A stretch of DNA of 64,000 nucleotides from Glaucostegus cemiculus. Lineage: Eukaryota. The notes under the pieces are model-generated. The model had not been told where the DNA came from. It did no database searches and worked only from the letters and a program-made list of their open reading frames with translations. Both the position numbers and the translations under genes were made by a program. Positions 52,225 to 64,000 of the stretch are shown in pieces. Position 1 is the first letter of the stretch, and each line of letters opens with the position of its first letter. The DNA lies in NCBI GenBank assembly GCA_976551045.1, contig CDPCPM010000275.1, positions 4,960,001-5,024,000 on the forward strand, written 5' to 3'.

Positions 52225-53900
52225 AATAATATAAGGTACACCCGAGTGCAAATGCTTCAGAATAGCTGATCTTCCCTATAATGGAATGGTGAGTCTGCAT
52301 CCCCAAAGAATCACTCCACTCCGGGCAATTAACTCATGCTTTTCTCTGTACCATGACAATAAGATGCCATCTTCACATTTACCTTCTTATCCATGCTGGA
52401 TGTACTCATACACCCAAAAGGTTAGCATCACATCTCAACATAGTGGCAGGCTGTTCAGTTGTAAGTACAATATTCTCTCTGATGTTCCAACAGTGATACA
52501 ATCTCACATGGAACAAGTGTCCCACATGGAAGTGCACCCACCTCAAGTCAATACAGAGTATCCACATTTTGATTGTACTTTCCCATCTTTTTTGCTCAGA
52601 ACATAGTCACATGAAGAGTGTAAATGCTCATCTAACTATACTTTACTGAGTCACTGAAAAGTTGCATCATAGAGGAGGCTACAAGGTCTATAATATCTGC
52701 ACCACTTGAAAATGAGCTACTCAATCTAATTCCATCTTCCAGCACTAGCTCCTTAGTCTTGCAGCTCATAACTCATCAAGTACACATCCATGTGCCTTTC
52801 AAACGTTATGAGAGTTTCTGCCTCTACCACCTTCTCAGGCTGGTATTTCCAGACAAATATTCCTGGGAGATATTTTCTTTACCTCCACTCTAATCCTACC
52901 AACTACTTTAAATCTATGCCCCCAGTCACTGACCCCTCTGCTTATGGCACTTGTGGAACTTCTTCACTCTAGACAATACCTAAGCCTTCTTGGTCCAGTT
53001 GTAACATTTGGTTTGGATCAAGGTTCCTTTCCAAGTGACAGCACTCATTGCCAGTCTCAACACGCACAAAGCAACAGCTTCAATGGATCATAAAGAACAA
53101 CAAACTACAAGTTCAGCAGCTACTGTTCTTACCCTTGGAACACACTCTTGTTTCTACTTTTCATGAAGTAGCCAATGTAGAGTTCCTAGCCTAATACTTA
53201 AAAATGGCGGGAACCAGTCACAGTAGCTGAGAAGTCCTAAGTATGCCTTCTATTCTGTTACATTGGTTGGACTAAATGTATTCAATATTACTTAAAAATT
53301 GTTCTCATTTGGATGGAATCCTGCAGCATCCGTCTTAGAAGCAATTTGTTTTTGTTCAACCAAGTTCCTGCCTCTCAGAATCATCAAAATACACGTCTCT
53401 TGATTTAGTTCTTGTTCTTTCTTCTAGGTAGCCTGTGAAAGCCAGCCTGTACACTATACATTTGCTTGTCTGTTGATTGCTAACTTACAATCTCCTGAAA
53501 TCCTAAAGCTATGATCTGCCTTCACTACAAGACTGTCCAAACAGACAACATATTCATTTCAATGACACCTGCTTCCTGTTGTCTCTTCAATTCTTCCCAA
53601 ACTTTTTTTCTCTTCATTTTATGTTAAGCATTGTGAATGAAGAACTGAAGGGTAGCATCATTCTTCAGGTGAATCTTGGCTTCCATAGCTTGAAAGCTTC
53701 CACATTCATTACAAAACATCCTGACTTACAAACTGGATACTTGCCCTTGAAGAATCAATTCAGAAAAAAATGCTTCACTCCCACTCATTTACCCCTATAA
53801 CCTCACATAGCCACATCACCTTAATTCTTACCCCAGTGTAGTATGAAGAAATTAAGATGACTTATTGAGTTTCACTGTACCGCCTAGTTAATGCCACTTA
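52225..53900 (-). mobile_element. decayed Ty3/Gypsy pol (RT to integrase Zn-finger), interrupted by a CR1 tail at ~52645-52950
   Basis: Minus strand EELKRQQEAGVIE, KADHSFRISGDCKLAIN, PTNVTE*KAYLGLLSY, QLDQEGLGIV, HELIARSGVILWGCRLTIP...LKHLHSG. Confidence 0.75.
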
Positions 53901-54067
53901 AATTCCTGCTCAGTTTTTTTTTGAAGTTGCACTGTTTCACCTGCTGTACCATGAACTGAGTTTTGCATAGCTTCTCTTTAGACAGTTTGATTGGAGGCCT
54001 CTTTCCTGTGATTAACATTCATTTTAATGCCAAATTTTATTTTTGCAGTGATTAGTGACACAATACA

Positions 54068-55060
54068 TGAAGGGCTGTGACTAGTGGTGTTCCGCAGGGA
54101 TCGGTTCTGGGACCTCTACTTGTGATATTTATTAATGACTTAGATGAGGGGGTGGAAGGGTGGGTTAGCAAGTTTGCAGATGACACAAAGATTGGTTGTG
54201 TTGTGGATAGTGTGGAGAGCTGTCGAAGCTTACAGAGGGATATTGATAGGATGCAGAGCTGGGCTGACAAGTGGCAGATGGAGTTCAATCCAGTGAAGTG
54301 TGAGGTGGTACACTTTGGAAGGACAGAATACAAGGTAAATGGCAGGATTCTGGGCAGTATAGAGGAGCAGAGGGATCTGGGGGTTCATTTACACAGATCA
54401 CTGAAAGTCGCCACACAGGTGGATAGGGTAGTTAAGAAAGCTTATGGGATGTTAGCATTCATAAATCGTGGGATTGAGTTTAAGAGTTGCAAAGTAATGA
54501 TGCAGCTTTACAAAATTCTGGTTAGACCACACTTAGAGTGCTGTGTCCGGTTCTGGTCGCTTCATTATAAGAAGGATGTGGAGGCGTTGGAGAGGGTGAA
54601 GAGGAGATTTACCAGGATGCTGCCTGGATTAGAGAGTATGGATTATGAGGAGAGACTAAGGAAGCTAGGGCTTTACTCTTTGGAGAGGAGGAGGATGAGG
54701 GGAAACATGATAGAGGTATACAAAATATTAAGATGAATAGATAGAGTGGACAGCCAGCACCTCTTTCCCAGGGCACCAATGCTCAATACATGGCTTGGCA
54801 TAGCTTTAAGGTAATGGGTGGCAAGTTCAAGGGAGACATCAGAGGGAGGATTTTCACCCAGAGAGTGGTTGGTGCATGGAATGCACTGCCTGGGTGGAGG
54901 TGGAGGCTGATACTTTGGTCAAATTCAAGAGATTGTTAGATAGGAGGAATTTAAGATAGAGGGCTATGTGGGAGGAAGGGGTTAGATAGTCTTAGAAGTG
55001 GTTTGAAGGTTGGCACAATGTGGCGGGCTGAAGGGCCTGTATTGTGTTGTATTGTTCTAT
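54068..55060 (+). mobile_element. relatively young CR1 3' half
   Basis: 219-aa ORF TSGVPQGSVLGPLL, SKFADDTK, WQMEFNPVKC; tail gggctgaagggcctgtattgtgttgtattgttctatg. Confidence 0.95.
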
Positions 55061-55164
55061 GGTAACCAAGAAGGTCAATGAGGGCAGGGCAGTCGTTGTA
55101 GTGTACATGGACTTCAGTAAAATACAAGCAGCTTTGAAATATTTGCCACAATTAATAAACTGGC

Positions 55165-55385
55165 ACTTGAGAACACCTACATGTTCCTCTCCAAGTCAGA
55201 AACCATCCTGTTGAAAATATATCATTGCTCTTTGATCATCGCCAGGTCATAACCTGGAATACTTTCCCCATCAAGGTGGTGGGATAATCTTCTCCAGAAG
55301 GATAGCAGTGGTACAAGAAGGACCACCTTACCAGTAAATGCTGGTGTTGCCAGTAACAGCCAGATCCCAAAAATGACCAAAAAAG
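55165..55385 (+). mobile_element. family B LINE 3' end
   Basis: cagtaaatgctggtgttgccagtaacagccagatccc then A-rich; alignable with 750-1020. Confidence 0.6.
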
Positions 55386-55779
55386 TGGTTAAATATATTT
55401 CCATATTTGAAAATTGTAAGTAAAATATGAACAGTTATTTTCATAGTAGAGAACTCTTACCAATTCAATCATTATATTTTTTTCTTTCAACCCCTGTGCA
55501 AACAACATTATACTGAAAAAGTAGTCAAAATCATTGACTGCTGCATGACTTATGTCCTCGTGAATATTTAATTACAGTGTTATTTCAGCACTGCTGAGGT
55601 GTTCATTCTGGCTCATCATAAGTTCAAAAAAGCAGCACTAAAAGGAGTAATGGAAAACTTGTAGAAACTGTCAACATGCTGATGATACAATTAGTACTCA
55701 TGGTCACTGGATTTACAGCACACCCAGTGCTAAATATACCTCAGAACTCAAGTAATAAATAACTCAGCTTTCAGGGAAA

Positions 55780-56638
55780 AGCCATCATCCAGGGTACTGA
55801 CCAAACAAGTCATTTTCCGAGAGCAGGAAATCTTACAGCAAGCGCTATTGAATATTTTTCTGCAACCTTCAGCACAAAAAATATTTTGAGCTCCAAAAAG
55901 CTTAAAGTGGAGCACCTGGGATCTCAGTGATTGGTGGGACTTATCTATTTCAATGTAAAGGATGACAGAGATAGAAGGCTAATTCACATTGTGAGATACC
56001 AAGAATTAAAGCAAAGGAAAGAGATGGAAGGGAAAAATAAAATCCTTCATAAGTTTAAAATTTCTAACAGCAATTTACTCCTGGCAAAATAAGGCAGAAG
56101 AGAAACTACCAACAATTGCATCTTGCACACTAAATGAAAGTGAGCAGAGCCATGCCCAAATAAAATGAGAAATATTGTCCTTGAACTTAAGGGCTAGAAA
56201 GTTACGAAAGCATCTGCATAGTTGTAGGTTTACAATTCTAACTAACCATACCCCACTGACAGCTATTCTGAATCCAAAATAACCAGTTCCTATGTTCAAA
56301 GCAGGTCTTTAATGCCTCAAGCATTCAGTACAGGTCTGATCACAGCAATGCTGATGCTACATTAAGGTTGCAAGCACCAGTACAAATTATTCCAAGTAGT
56401 TAAGTACTGTTTTACTAATTATTCTTGTTTGCATTGATGGTTGCTGCAGATGATATTGGCAGGGCAATATGTTTCAATTGCAAGAATGGGTTATCTGTTG
56501 ACAAAGTATATGCCGTGAGGGGTTACAGAATCGTGATTCCCAAGAAACACAGATCTCTTCTGTTACAGGATCTACACGATCAACATCTTGAGATGGGTCT
56601 GACAAAGAATCTGGTATGGAACTACCTATGATGGCTGT
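55780..56638 (+). mobile_element. decayed Ty3/Gypsy pol (RNase H to integrase Zn-finger)
   Basis: SCTLNESEQSHAQI, RFTILTNHTPLTAIL, HSNADA, GYRIVIPKKHRSLLLQDLHDQHLEMGLTKNLVWNYL*W. Confidence 0.8.
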
Positions 56639-56871
56639 AAGTTGGGAAAGTTGTTACAACTAATTCGACTGATATAATAGGATAGCTCTTCTGTCGTGCT
56701 AATGAGTAGGTGTACGTGATACCAGTTTGTGAACAAAGAGACAACATCATTTCCCTGCCACTGATGATCTGTTATGGTCATTTGTGTGGCAATAGCCATA
56801 CAAGGGTTTTACAGCAACAATTATTTACCACGGTAGATATCCAGCCACTTTCACAGCATCTCTTGCAACAA

Positions 56872-57158
56872 CATAGATACCTTCATTCGTCACATATACA
56901 TTGAAACACACAGTGAAATACATCTTTTGTGCAGAGTGTTAAGGGGGCAGCCCGCAAGTGTCACCACGCTTCCGGCGCTAACATAGAATGCCCACAATTT
57001 CCAAACCTATACATCTTTGGAATGTGGGAGGAAACCGGAGCACCCGGATGAAATCCACGCAGTCTGTACAAACTCCGTACAGACGGCGGCCAGAATTGAA
57101 CCCAGGTCACTGACGTTGTAATAGTTTTACGCTAACCACTATGCTACTGTGCCTGCCC
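56872..57158 (-). mobile_element. tRNA-derived SINE with Rex1-type tail
   Basis: A box tagcatagtgg, B box ggttcaattc; 3' end tttcactgtgtgtttcaatgtatatgtgacgaatgaagg. Confidence 0.85.
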
Positions 57159-57459
57159 ATGCCACATTTTCACACCACCTTAGTAAATAGATGAATTTTT
57201 TCAAAGTTTCTGCATTCACACTTTTCTACAAGAACCCTGACACAAACTCAAAAAACAGCAAACAATGGTGGGCTTTTCTTTCCCCCACAAAGACAATACA
57301 TAACATTAAAAATGCACTTTTCTAAACACAAGTCCTTTAAGATCTACACTTCGCATTTCCAACCCACAACCCAACTTGCTACTAACACAGTTCTTGCATC
57401 TGTTAGCTTTATGCAGATACTCTATTAATACAAGGAATGAACTTCACAAAACTTAGCAA

Positions 57460-58120
57460 GGTCTTCCCTCAATTCAGCTGGTGGAGGCATAGCACAGTGT
57501 CAGTTTTTAATGAGGTTAATGATTGGCAGAGCATACCAATTACCTGCCTGTCCAAGAAGCAAAGAAACAGTGACAATTTTGAGGCTTAGCATTCAATTAA
57601 ATAAAACCAGCAAGCTGCCTTTCCCAAACGAGCATCCCAATCAAGTTCCCCAGATTAAAGGCCATGAAATAGCAGACTGCCCTAAGAGCATTTTTCTGGA
57701 GGCTGGAGAAATACTCCTTCACCTTCACTTATTGTTACAACTAATTTGACTGATATAATAGGATAGCTCTTCAGTCATGCTAAAATGGCTGGCTGCTACT
57801 TCCTGTGTAGTTCAGGGCAGCGTCTTCTGCTGAGCATGGCTTATAGCACGTCAGCAAAGTTCAATGTAGCAGAGAATAATGCTGAGCCCCTATCAGCAAA
57901 ACTAGCTAGCTGCACTGACAGAACAGCTTTGACAGCCAATGAGGGCCTGCCCCCGGTCTCATACAAAATTAATTCAGTTCAAATGTTTCCAATTATTAAG
58001 ATCAAGAAAGAGACTCAGAAGGCCTGGCTTCAGCCTACGCTGAAGAATAATCTTATATTGTGACTGTCTGACAGCAAATCTGGTCAGAGTGCTGCAGATC
58101 TGCCTTCTCCAACATAAGTA
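57460..58120. promoter_or_regulatory. candidate enhancer / conserved non-coding element
   Basis: No TE recognised; four TGCTGA/TCAGCA half-sites within 71 bp, ACTTCCTGT, three TGACAG; motif inference only. Confidence 0.35.
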
Positions 58121-58139
58121 GAACATATCAAGATGCTTT

Positions 58140-59210
58140 ACAAAAGTGTTATCAAACAAAATAAAAGAAATGGGGATAGACAGATAGAGAATTGATCACA
58201 AAATTAGGTCTTAGGAAGGTCTGAAAGGAGGAAAGATGGGTAGCAAGTCTAAGAGGATATTCAAGAGCTTGGGACCTCCGTAGCAGAAGTTACAGAGAAA
58301 TTAACCTGAAATCTGAAATGAACCATTCTACCTCTGTATCAAAGGTAGAGTAGTTAATTTCAGGGATGAGCAAGAGTCCAGAATGGAAGCAGTGCAGATA
58401 TATTGAAGAGTTACAGAGCTGAAGGAGATGACAGAAATGGAAAGGGGCAAAATTTAAAAATAGAGGAGATGCTTATCCAAGACCCAGTGCAGGTCAATAA
58501 TCTCAGCAGCCTCTATGAACATGACATAAAAGTTATGGAAAGTAGAATGAGGGAGGGTAACCAGCACTCACTGGGAACATTGCAGTCCAGGGATAATAAA
58601 GATAGGTGAGGATTTCAGCAACAGCAGAGTTTGTACAATATCAGAGGCAAGTAATATTATGGCAGCAGATACAGGAGGTTTTACAGATGGCATAGATGAG
58701 TTCCAAAATTCAGCTCAGGGTCAAAATGACACCAAAGTTTCAAATAGTTTGACTCAGCTTCTGACAGTTGCCAGGGAGAAGAGTAGGAAGGAATAGAGTT
58801 TATGCCGATAACGAAAGACATCGGTTCAGTCATCCAGATATGGGGGAAATTTTTGCTTGTGCAGTCCTATGTGTCAATGAAGGGACAAATAGGGATGGTG
58901 GTGTGGTGAAGTTGGGCAGCATCGATAGCCATGTAAATTGACATGGCATTTTTGAATAACTGTTGAGAGGCACATATGTGGAAAATAAAGTGTGGAGCTC
59001 AAGATATTTCATTGGGGAACATGAGAGAAAACCACATAGGTGCATGAAGAAAAACCAGTACTGGTGAGTCTCTGGCCATGACCAAATAATCAAGAATCAG
59101 AGCCATTTCACCAAGTTGTATGATAATGCAAAGCACCAGAGGAAAAGAGTGCACTATGTGAAAGGCCGCAGATAGATCATGATGACACGGAGTGATAGAT
59201 TACCTCTTTG
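58140..59210 (-). mobile_element. old L2-like LINE 3' half
   Basis: Purine-rich plus strand; minus strand DLSAAFHIV (LDLSAAFDTV-like) near 59150-59180. Confidence 0.6.
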
Positions 59211-60735
59211 TACATTATCAATAAAGTACATTGCGTAAAGAAACTTTGCTTCATTTTCAAAGTGTCAACAAGAGAACTCAAATGTGTAGAAAGTGAAGCA
59301 CATAACAAGAAAGCAGAACAAAAGGATGGAAAACAGCAGACCAAATAAAGAGTAAAATATAAAATTAACTTATTTCACCAAATATAAATGAGGGTAGATA
59401 GATATATAATTGAATATAATATGAATGAGTGTTCCAAATTTTGCAGAAATTAGATGAAGAGAGCAGATTGAGAAAAAAAAATAATGTGAGCAAATTTACA
59501 GAAAGGTTATTTTCCATTAGATTATTGCAAGAGCAAAATTTTAAAATGCTGTTAGTAACATTGGACAAAGTGATACTACTTAAATGAATTTGGTGCAGAA
59601 AGTAGAGCTGTAGGTAGTACACACATAAAGGAGAGGAAAATTATTTTGCAAATGGAGCATGCCTAAAGGAAACTATAAATGTTGAAAGTAGTGTCTGTTC
59701 TACAAACAGTATGGCCAATAGACAAAATGAAAGATTCTAATGACAATTGAAATTTTATTGAAAAGAGGGATTAGTGGCAATGGATTAACGATCTGGTCTG
59801 ATATCATACAGCGAGGGCAAGAGAAAAAGTACAGAGAGCTAATGGAAGATCAGGAAGAAAAAAATAAAAGCATTTAGAGATCAGAAGTAGGAAGGGAAAG
59901 ATCAGAGCAAAAATGGAAGTGAGGGAAAGGTGAAAAGGATGAGAGAGAGAGAGAGAAACCTTAGCTGCTCAGTCATGGCAGGGCACAAGAGTTTTGGTTT
60001 TTAATCAGATGTCATCATCAGTGGCAAGGTTATCATTTATTTCCTGCCCCTAAACCTCCTTGAACTGAGTATTTGTTAGGCCATTTCAGAGTGCAGTTAA
60101 AAGCCAATGACATTATCGTGGGTCAAGCATGGACAGCAAAATTTCCTTCCATTAAAGAAAGTGTAATCCAGCCTATTCAGTGCTCTCAATTTCTGATGTC
60201 ATTAATTTACATCCCTGTGATATAGTGTTGCATTACCTTTCTTATAATAAATTCCTACAAAGATGCAATAAAAAAAATCTTTCTTGTGCATGACAAAAGC
60301 CCAGTTCACTATCCAGTATATTGTTTCTTAAACATCAATGGCCTAAATTTTAATATCACAGACATAGGAATGACACTGCCCACTAACCTACTGATAGCTC
60401 CCCACTAAATTCTTATGGGCTTTACAACAAAGATTCAGTCTAATCCAGTCTTTGATGCAGCACATACCATCAACAGGAAAATGTGTCACAGAATCATTGA
60501 GCAGGCCTTTTAGCCACTACTTCATGTCTACAGAGCTAACAAATCAATTCCATTCCCCTGCTCTACCAGGTAGCCCTGCAAGTTTATTTCCCTTGTTCAG
60601 TTTCATTTTGAAATTATTATCACCAGTTCCACCAGCCTCAAAGGAGACTTCCAGATCATTACCAGGAGAAAAGTACTTCCTCATAGCCTTTCTGTATTCC
60701 TTACTTAAAACTTTAAAAATGTGTCCCCTATGAAC

Positions 60736-61208
60736 CAGAATCAGAATCAATTTATTGTCACTTTCACGTATACATGAAGGCGAGATATCGTTTCTCTACA
60801 GGCCAATGTGCAAAAGACATCAAAGACAACAAACATCAAAACATTAACAGCCCCCAGCCTCACCCCGCACCGACGACAACCTCCAACCCCCGCAGTCCCA
60901 CAACCTCAGGGCCCACAGTCCATCAACAACCTCCGGCCCGCAGTCCGACAGTCCGACCACCTCCGGCCCCGCAGTCCGACCACGACCACCTCCAGCTCCT
61001 TCGCCTCCGGCCTCGCAGTCCGACCACCTCCGGCTCCTTCGCCTCCAGCTCTGCAGTCCGATGACCTCCAGCCCCGAATTCCGGCTCCGCAGTCCGACGA
61101 CCTCCAGCCCCGAATTCCGGCTCCGCAGTCCGACGACCTCCAGCCCCGAATTCCGGCTCCGCAGTCCGACGACCTCCAGCCCCGCAGACCGGCTCCGCAG
61201 TCCGACGT
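60736..61208 (-). mobile_element. GC-rich VNTR joined to a (TTCTGA)n LINE tail
   Basis: Tail cagaatcagaatcaatttattgtcac at left, CpG-rich tandem repeats at right. Confidence 0.75.
61053..61207. repeat. 36-bp minisatellite, ~4.3 copies
   Basis: Unit gcagtccgacgacctccagccccgaattccggctcc; shorter degenerate subunits from ~60885. Confidence 0.97.
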
Positions 61209-62899
61209 GTTTAACCAGTGGCTAAAGAGGTTTCTTTTATTTTTCTGTCTTATCCAAAGCAGTCATAATTTTGTACAGCTCTATCAAATCTCCCCTCAAT
61301 CTCCTTCCCAAGTTCTTCACCCCCATCCTTGTACTTAAAAATTATTCATCCCTGGAACCATTCTGGTAGATCATTTCTGCATCTTCTCAAAGACCTTCAC
61401 GTACTTTCTTAAAGTGTAGAAACCAGAACAAGAGACTGATCTAACTCGTATGTTTAAAGTTTAGTGTAACTTATCTGTTTTTGAACTAAATACCTCTACA
61501 AAGCCCATATACTTTGCTAACTATTCTCTCAGTACACATTGTTACTTTTAAAGATTGTGCACATTAATCTCCAATTCCCTCTGTTCCTGCACACTGTTTA
61601 GACCTATTCCATTAAGTCCAAAATCCACCTTGACATAATCCAATTTCTTCCCTTCATCAGCTATTTTGGTAGTTCATCAAACAATTCAATTGGTTAGCAA
61701 AACAAAATCTGCCTTTTACAGATGCATGCTGGCTCTCCTCAATGAACTCTAACTTGGTCAAGAACATATTAATTTTTTTTCTTTGATTATTGTTTCTACA
61801 ACCTTCAAGCAACAGCAATATTAGAATAACTCATGATGAATGAGAACAAAGATAAAGGCACTTCCACCAAGTTTGAAAATTCCTTATTAAAACATCAAAA
61901 GTTTAAATCAAGAGAAATAATGCACAAAATATAAATTAGATTTCACTGATATAAAAAAATCAGCAAGGACTACAACGCTAACATCTGTGTTTCACTGACA
62001 GCTAACAATGACTGGATTGCCACATTTAACTGTACATGTGCAGACTCTAGGCAGGTGGTGGGATGCTGATAAAATTCGTCTTCGTTCATTAGCATTTGAC
62101 ATGTTCAAGAGTATCAGCCCACCATTCTACTCGCCACAAAATACTTGGTTCCATTGACTTCATAAGTGAGTACAATATGCTGCTGATACTTTGCCATCTA
62201 TTTAGCATTAGTGGACAAAGACCACTCTCCCCTCTTCTCCCCTGAAGTTATCAGAATTTCTCTATTACAATGAGCACTGGTAAGCCTACAGATTGATTAT
62301 AATTCCACATCCCCACCCCCAATGAATCATAATTGAAAGTGGTTCACAACATAACATTCTTCCCACACTGAGAAGCAGGTGGTACACATTGGTTGTTTAC
62401 TGCTCGATCAATTGATCGAGTAAGTATCCTTTGTCCCTTCCTTTTAAGGAAGCTTTCATCCCTTTGCAGATCCTTCTCTTTCTCCTTATTCTCCTTCCCC
62501 CCCTTTTCATTTTTGTTTGATACTTCCAACATTTCTGCTGTTACACTTCCATCTCCTCCTTATCACTTTTCCCTTCTTTCTCCCCTTCCACTCATCGCCA
62601 TACTGTTTGAGAATTGCATGCAGACTTTTGGAGCTTTCCGAGCCAAAGAAAAGCAGATGTCAACACTCATGTTTGCTATGCAATATAATTTTATTACAGG
62701 CAATTCTATCTCACTATGTAAAATACTATCTAACCACTTACACTGTACACAACAATTTCATAAAGAAATTAGTGTGCTTAATTATTGCCAGGTATCCAGA
62801 TGTCCTTCTTCAATATATACACTACTCTGCAATATCCTGTAGTTTGCCACTGTCAAAACAAAAATTACCCTTCTGATCTACTTAAAATCTTTCCTTCCA

Positions 62900-64000
62900 G
62901 GACTTCAAAGTATGAGTTGAAAAGTATAAATCTCAAGAAAGATATATTGACAGACAGGAACAGGAATTAAATATTGCGAAAACTTACAAGGTGACAATTA
63001 GAGATTTGTGACAAAATAATAGAATCTTGGATTTCTGATAACTAACATAAATTTGCTCATGCTTTTCTGTGACATCAGTACAATCTCCTCTGCAAATATG
63101 CAGAGAGTCAGTGGGTTTGTAAACTGGGGGTGGATTTGTAATTAGGATAAAGATCTAAGAAAAAAAAATGAAGATTTGGACTACTGAGTGAACAAAAGCT
63201 AAACATTACTATCTCAAAAGGAATTTAAATACATAGAAAGCAAATATAAATAAATGGTCATCCAAGAGATACTGAAATATTTGAATCTGGAGGAAATAAA
63301 GACATAGGTAAGAAGGAATATAGATGAGCTCAAGCAAGGGTGGAAATGGAGACAGATATTGATGTGGAAATGGGCAGTCTTTATAAAGTAGGATATACTG
63401 TTTGCACTTGAAAGACCAGTTCAAGTTTTAATAGAATTCCTCAACAATGCAATACAAACTGAAACTGTGACTAGTTACTGAATTTGTGGAGAATCAATAA
63501 TGCCAATTTAGGTTTTCCCTTTCTTCTGATTACAAATCAAGATTAGATATTGGACAATCAATCTGACAAAGGTTATGGAAAAATTGAGAAAGATAGTGGA
63601 AAGGAAGAGTTCAAATATCAATGTGCAAGTGGACATACACATAGATGATTCACCAAAGGTATGTAAACAAGGAAGGAGTGGAAGAAATATACTTGGGGCA
63701 CTTTAGGATAATTTCTCAGGGTGGAAAGAGAAGAAAGAATGGAAATTGTTAAAACTGTCATAATGAACAGACAAAATGTAATCAAGTGAGGACAATCTAG
63801 TCCAACTGGAAAAGAAAGAAGAAACAGGAGGATAGAATGATTGACCACCACCCAGATTTCAGAAAGTCTCAAAAGGATGAGGAGGGTTACTACATAATTG
63901 TGACAGTCTCAGAAATTTTCTTTTGTGACTTTGGTTTAAGGCTATTTTGATGCAGTGATAGGGAGAACACAGATGGAAAGAATCAAACATGGAATTGCAG
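62900..64000 (+). mobile_element. very old CR1-like remnant
   Basis: Purine-rich with faint CR1 ORF2 patches only. Confidence 0.3.

Larger units (their letters stand above)
60490..61830 (-). mobile_element. decayed CR1 hosting the VNTR element
   Basis: ORF RGHIFKVLSKEYRKAMRKYF; CR1-like sequence resumes at ~61210. Confidence 0.65.

Noticed and set aside
54077-54736. 219-aa RT ORF as a functional gene
   Set aside because: 5'-truncated CR1 lacking the endonuclease and RT N-terminus, with a premature stop.
61053-61207. 36-bp repeats as a CRISPR array
   Set aside because: Head-to-tail units with no spacers, no cas genes, eukaryotic context.
60808-61338. 176-aa proline-rich ORF with QSDDLQPRIPAP repeats
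   Set aside because: By-product of a stop-free 36-bp minisatellite; non-ATG start, antisense to the element, and runs into decayed CR1.

Overview
Eukaryotic, AT-rich, repeat-dominated window with no recognisable host protein-coding gene, RNA gene or CRISPR array, and one 164-N gap (49999-50162). The repeat mix (CR1 LINEs with HE1-like tRNA-derived SINEs, Rex1/Babar, RTE, L2, Penelope-like elements, Gypsy relics) suggests an intronic or intergenic region of a cartilaginous fish. This is inferred from family resemblance, not from a database search. The ORFs I could assign are decayed retroelement fragments; the rest look like chance ORFs. Most notable observations: (1) a ~1.3 kb inversion (14466-15749) between two inverted Rex1 copies, supported by a swapped target-site duplication, a split SINE and a split RTE; (2) a well-preserved minimal hammerhead ribozyme in a Penelope terminal repeat (26789-26826), with decayed and fold-back relatives; (3) a CpG-rich VNTR joined to a LINE tail (60736-61208); (4) a duplicated RTE-Penelope chimera; (5) a solo LTR with a 5-bp TSD; (6) several TE-free, enhancer-like islands. 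I found no evidence for a new protein-coding system. Family names come from recognition by eye, and element boundaries are approximate unless a TSD or motif is quoted.
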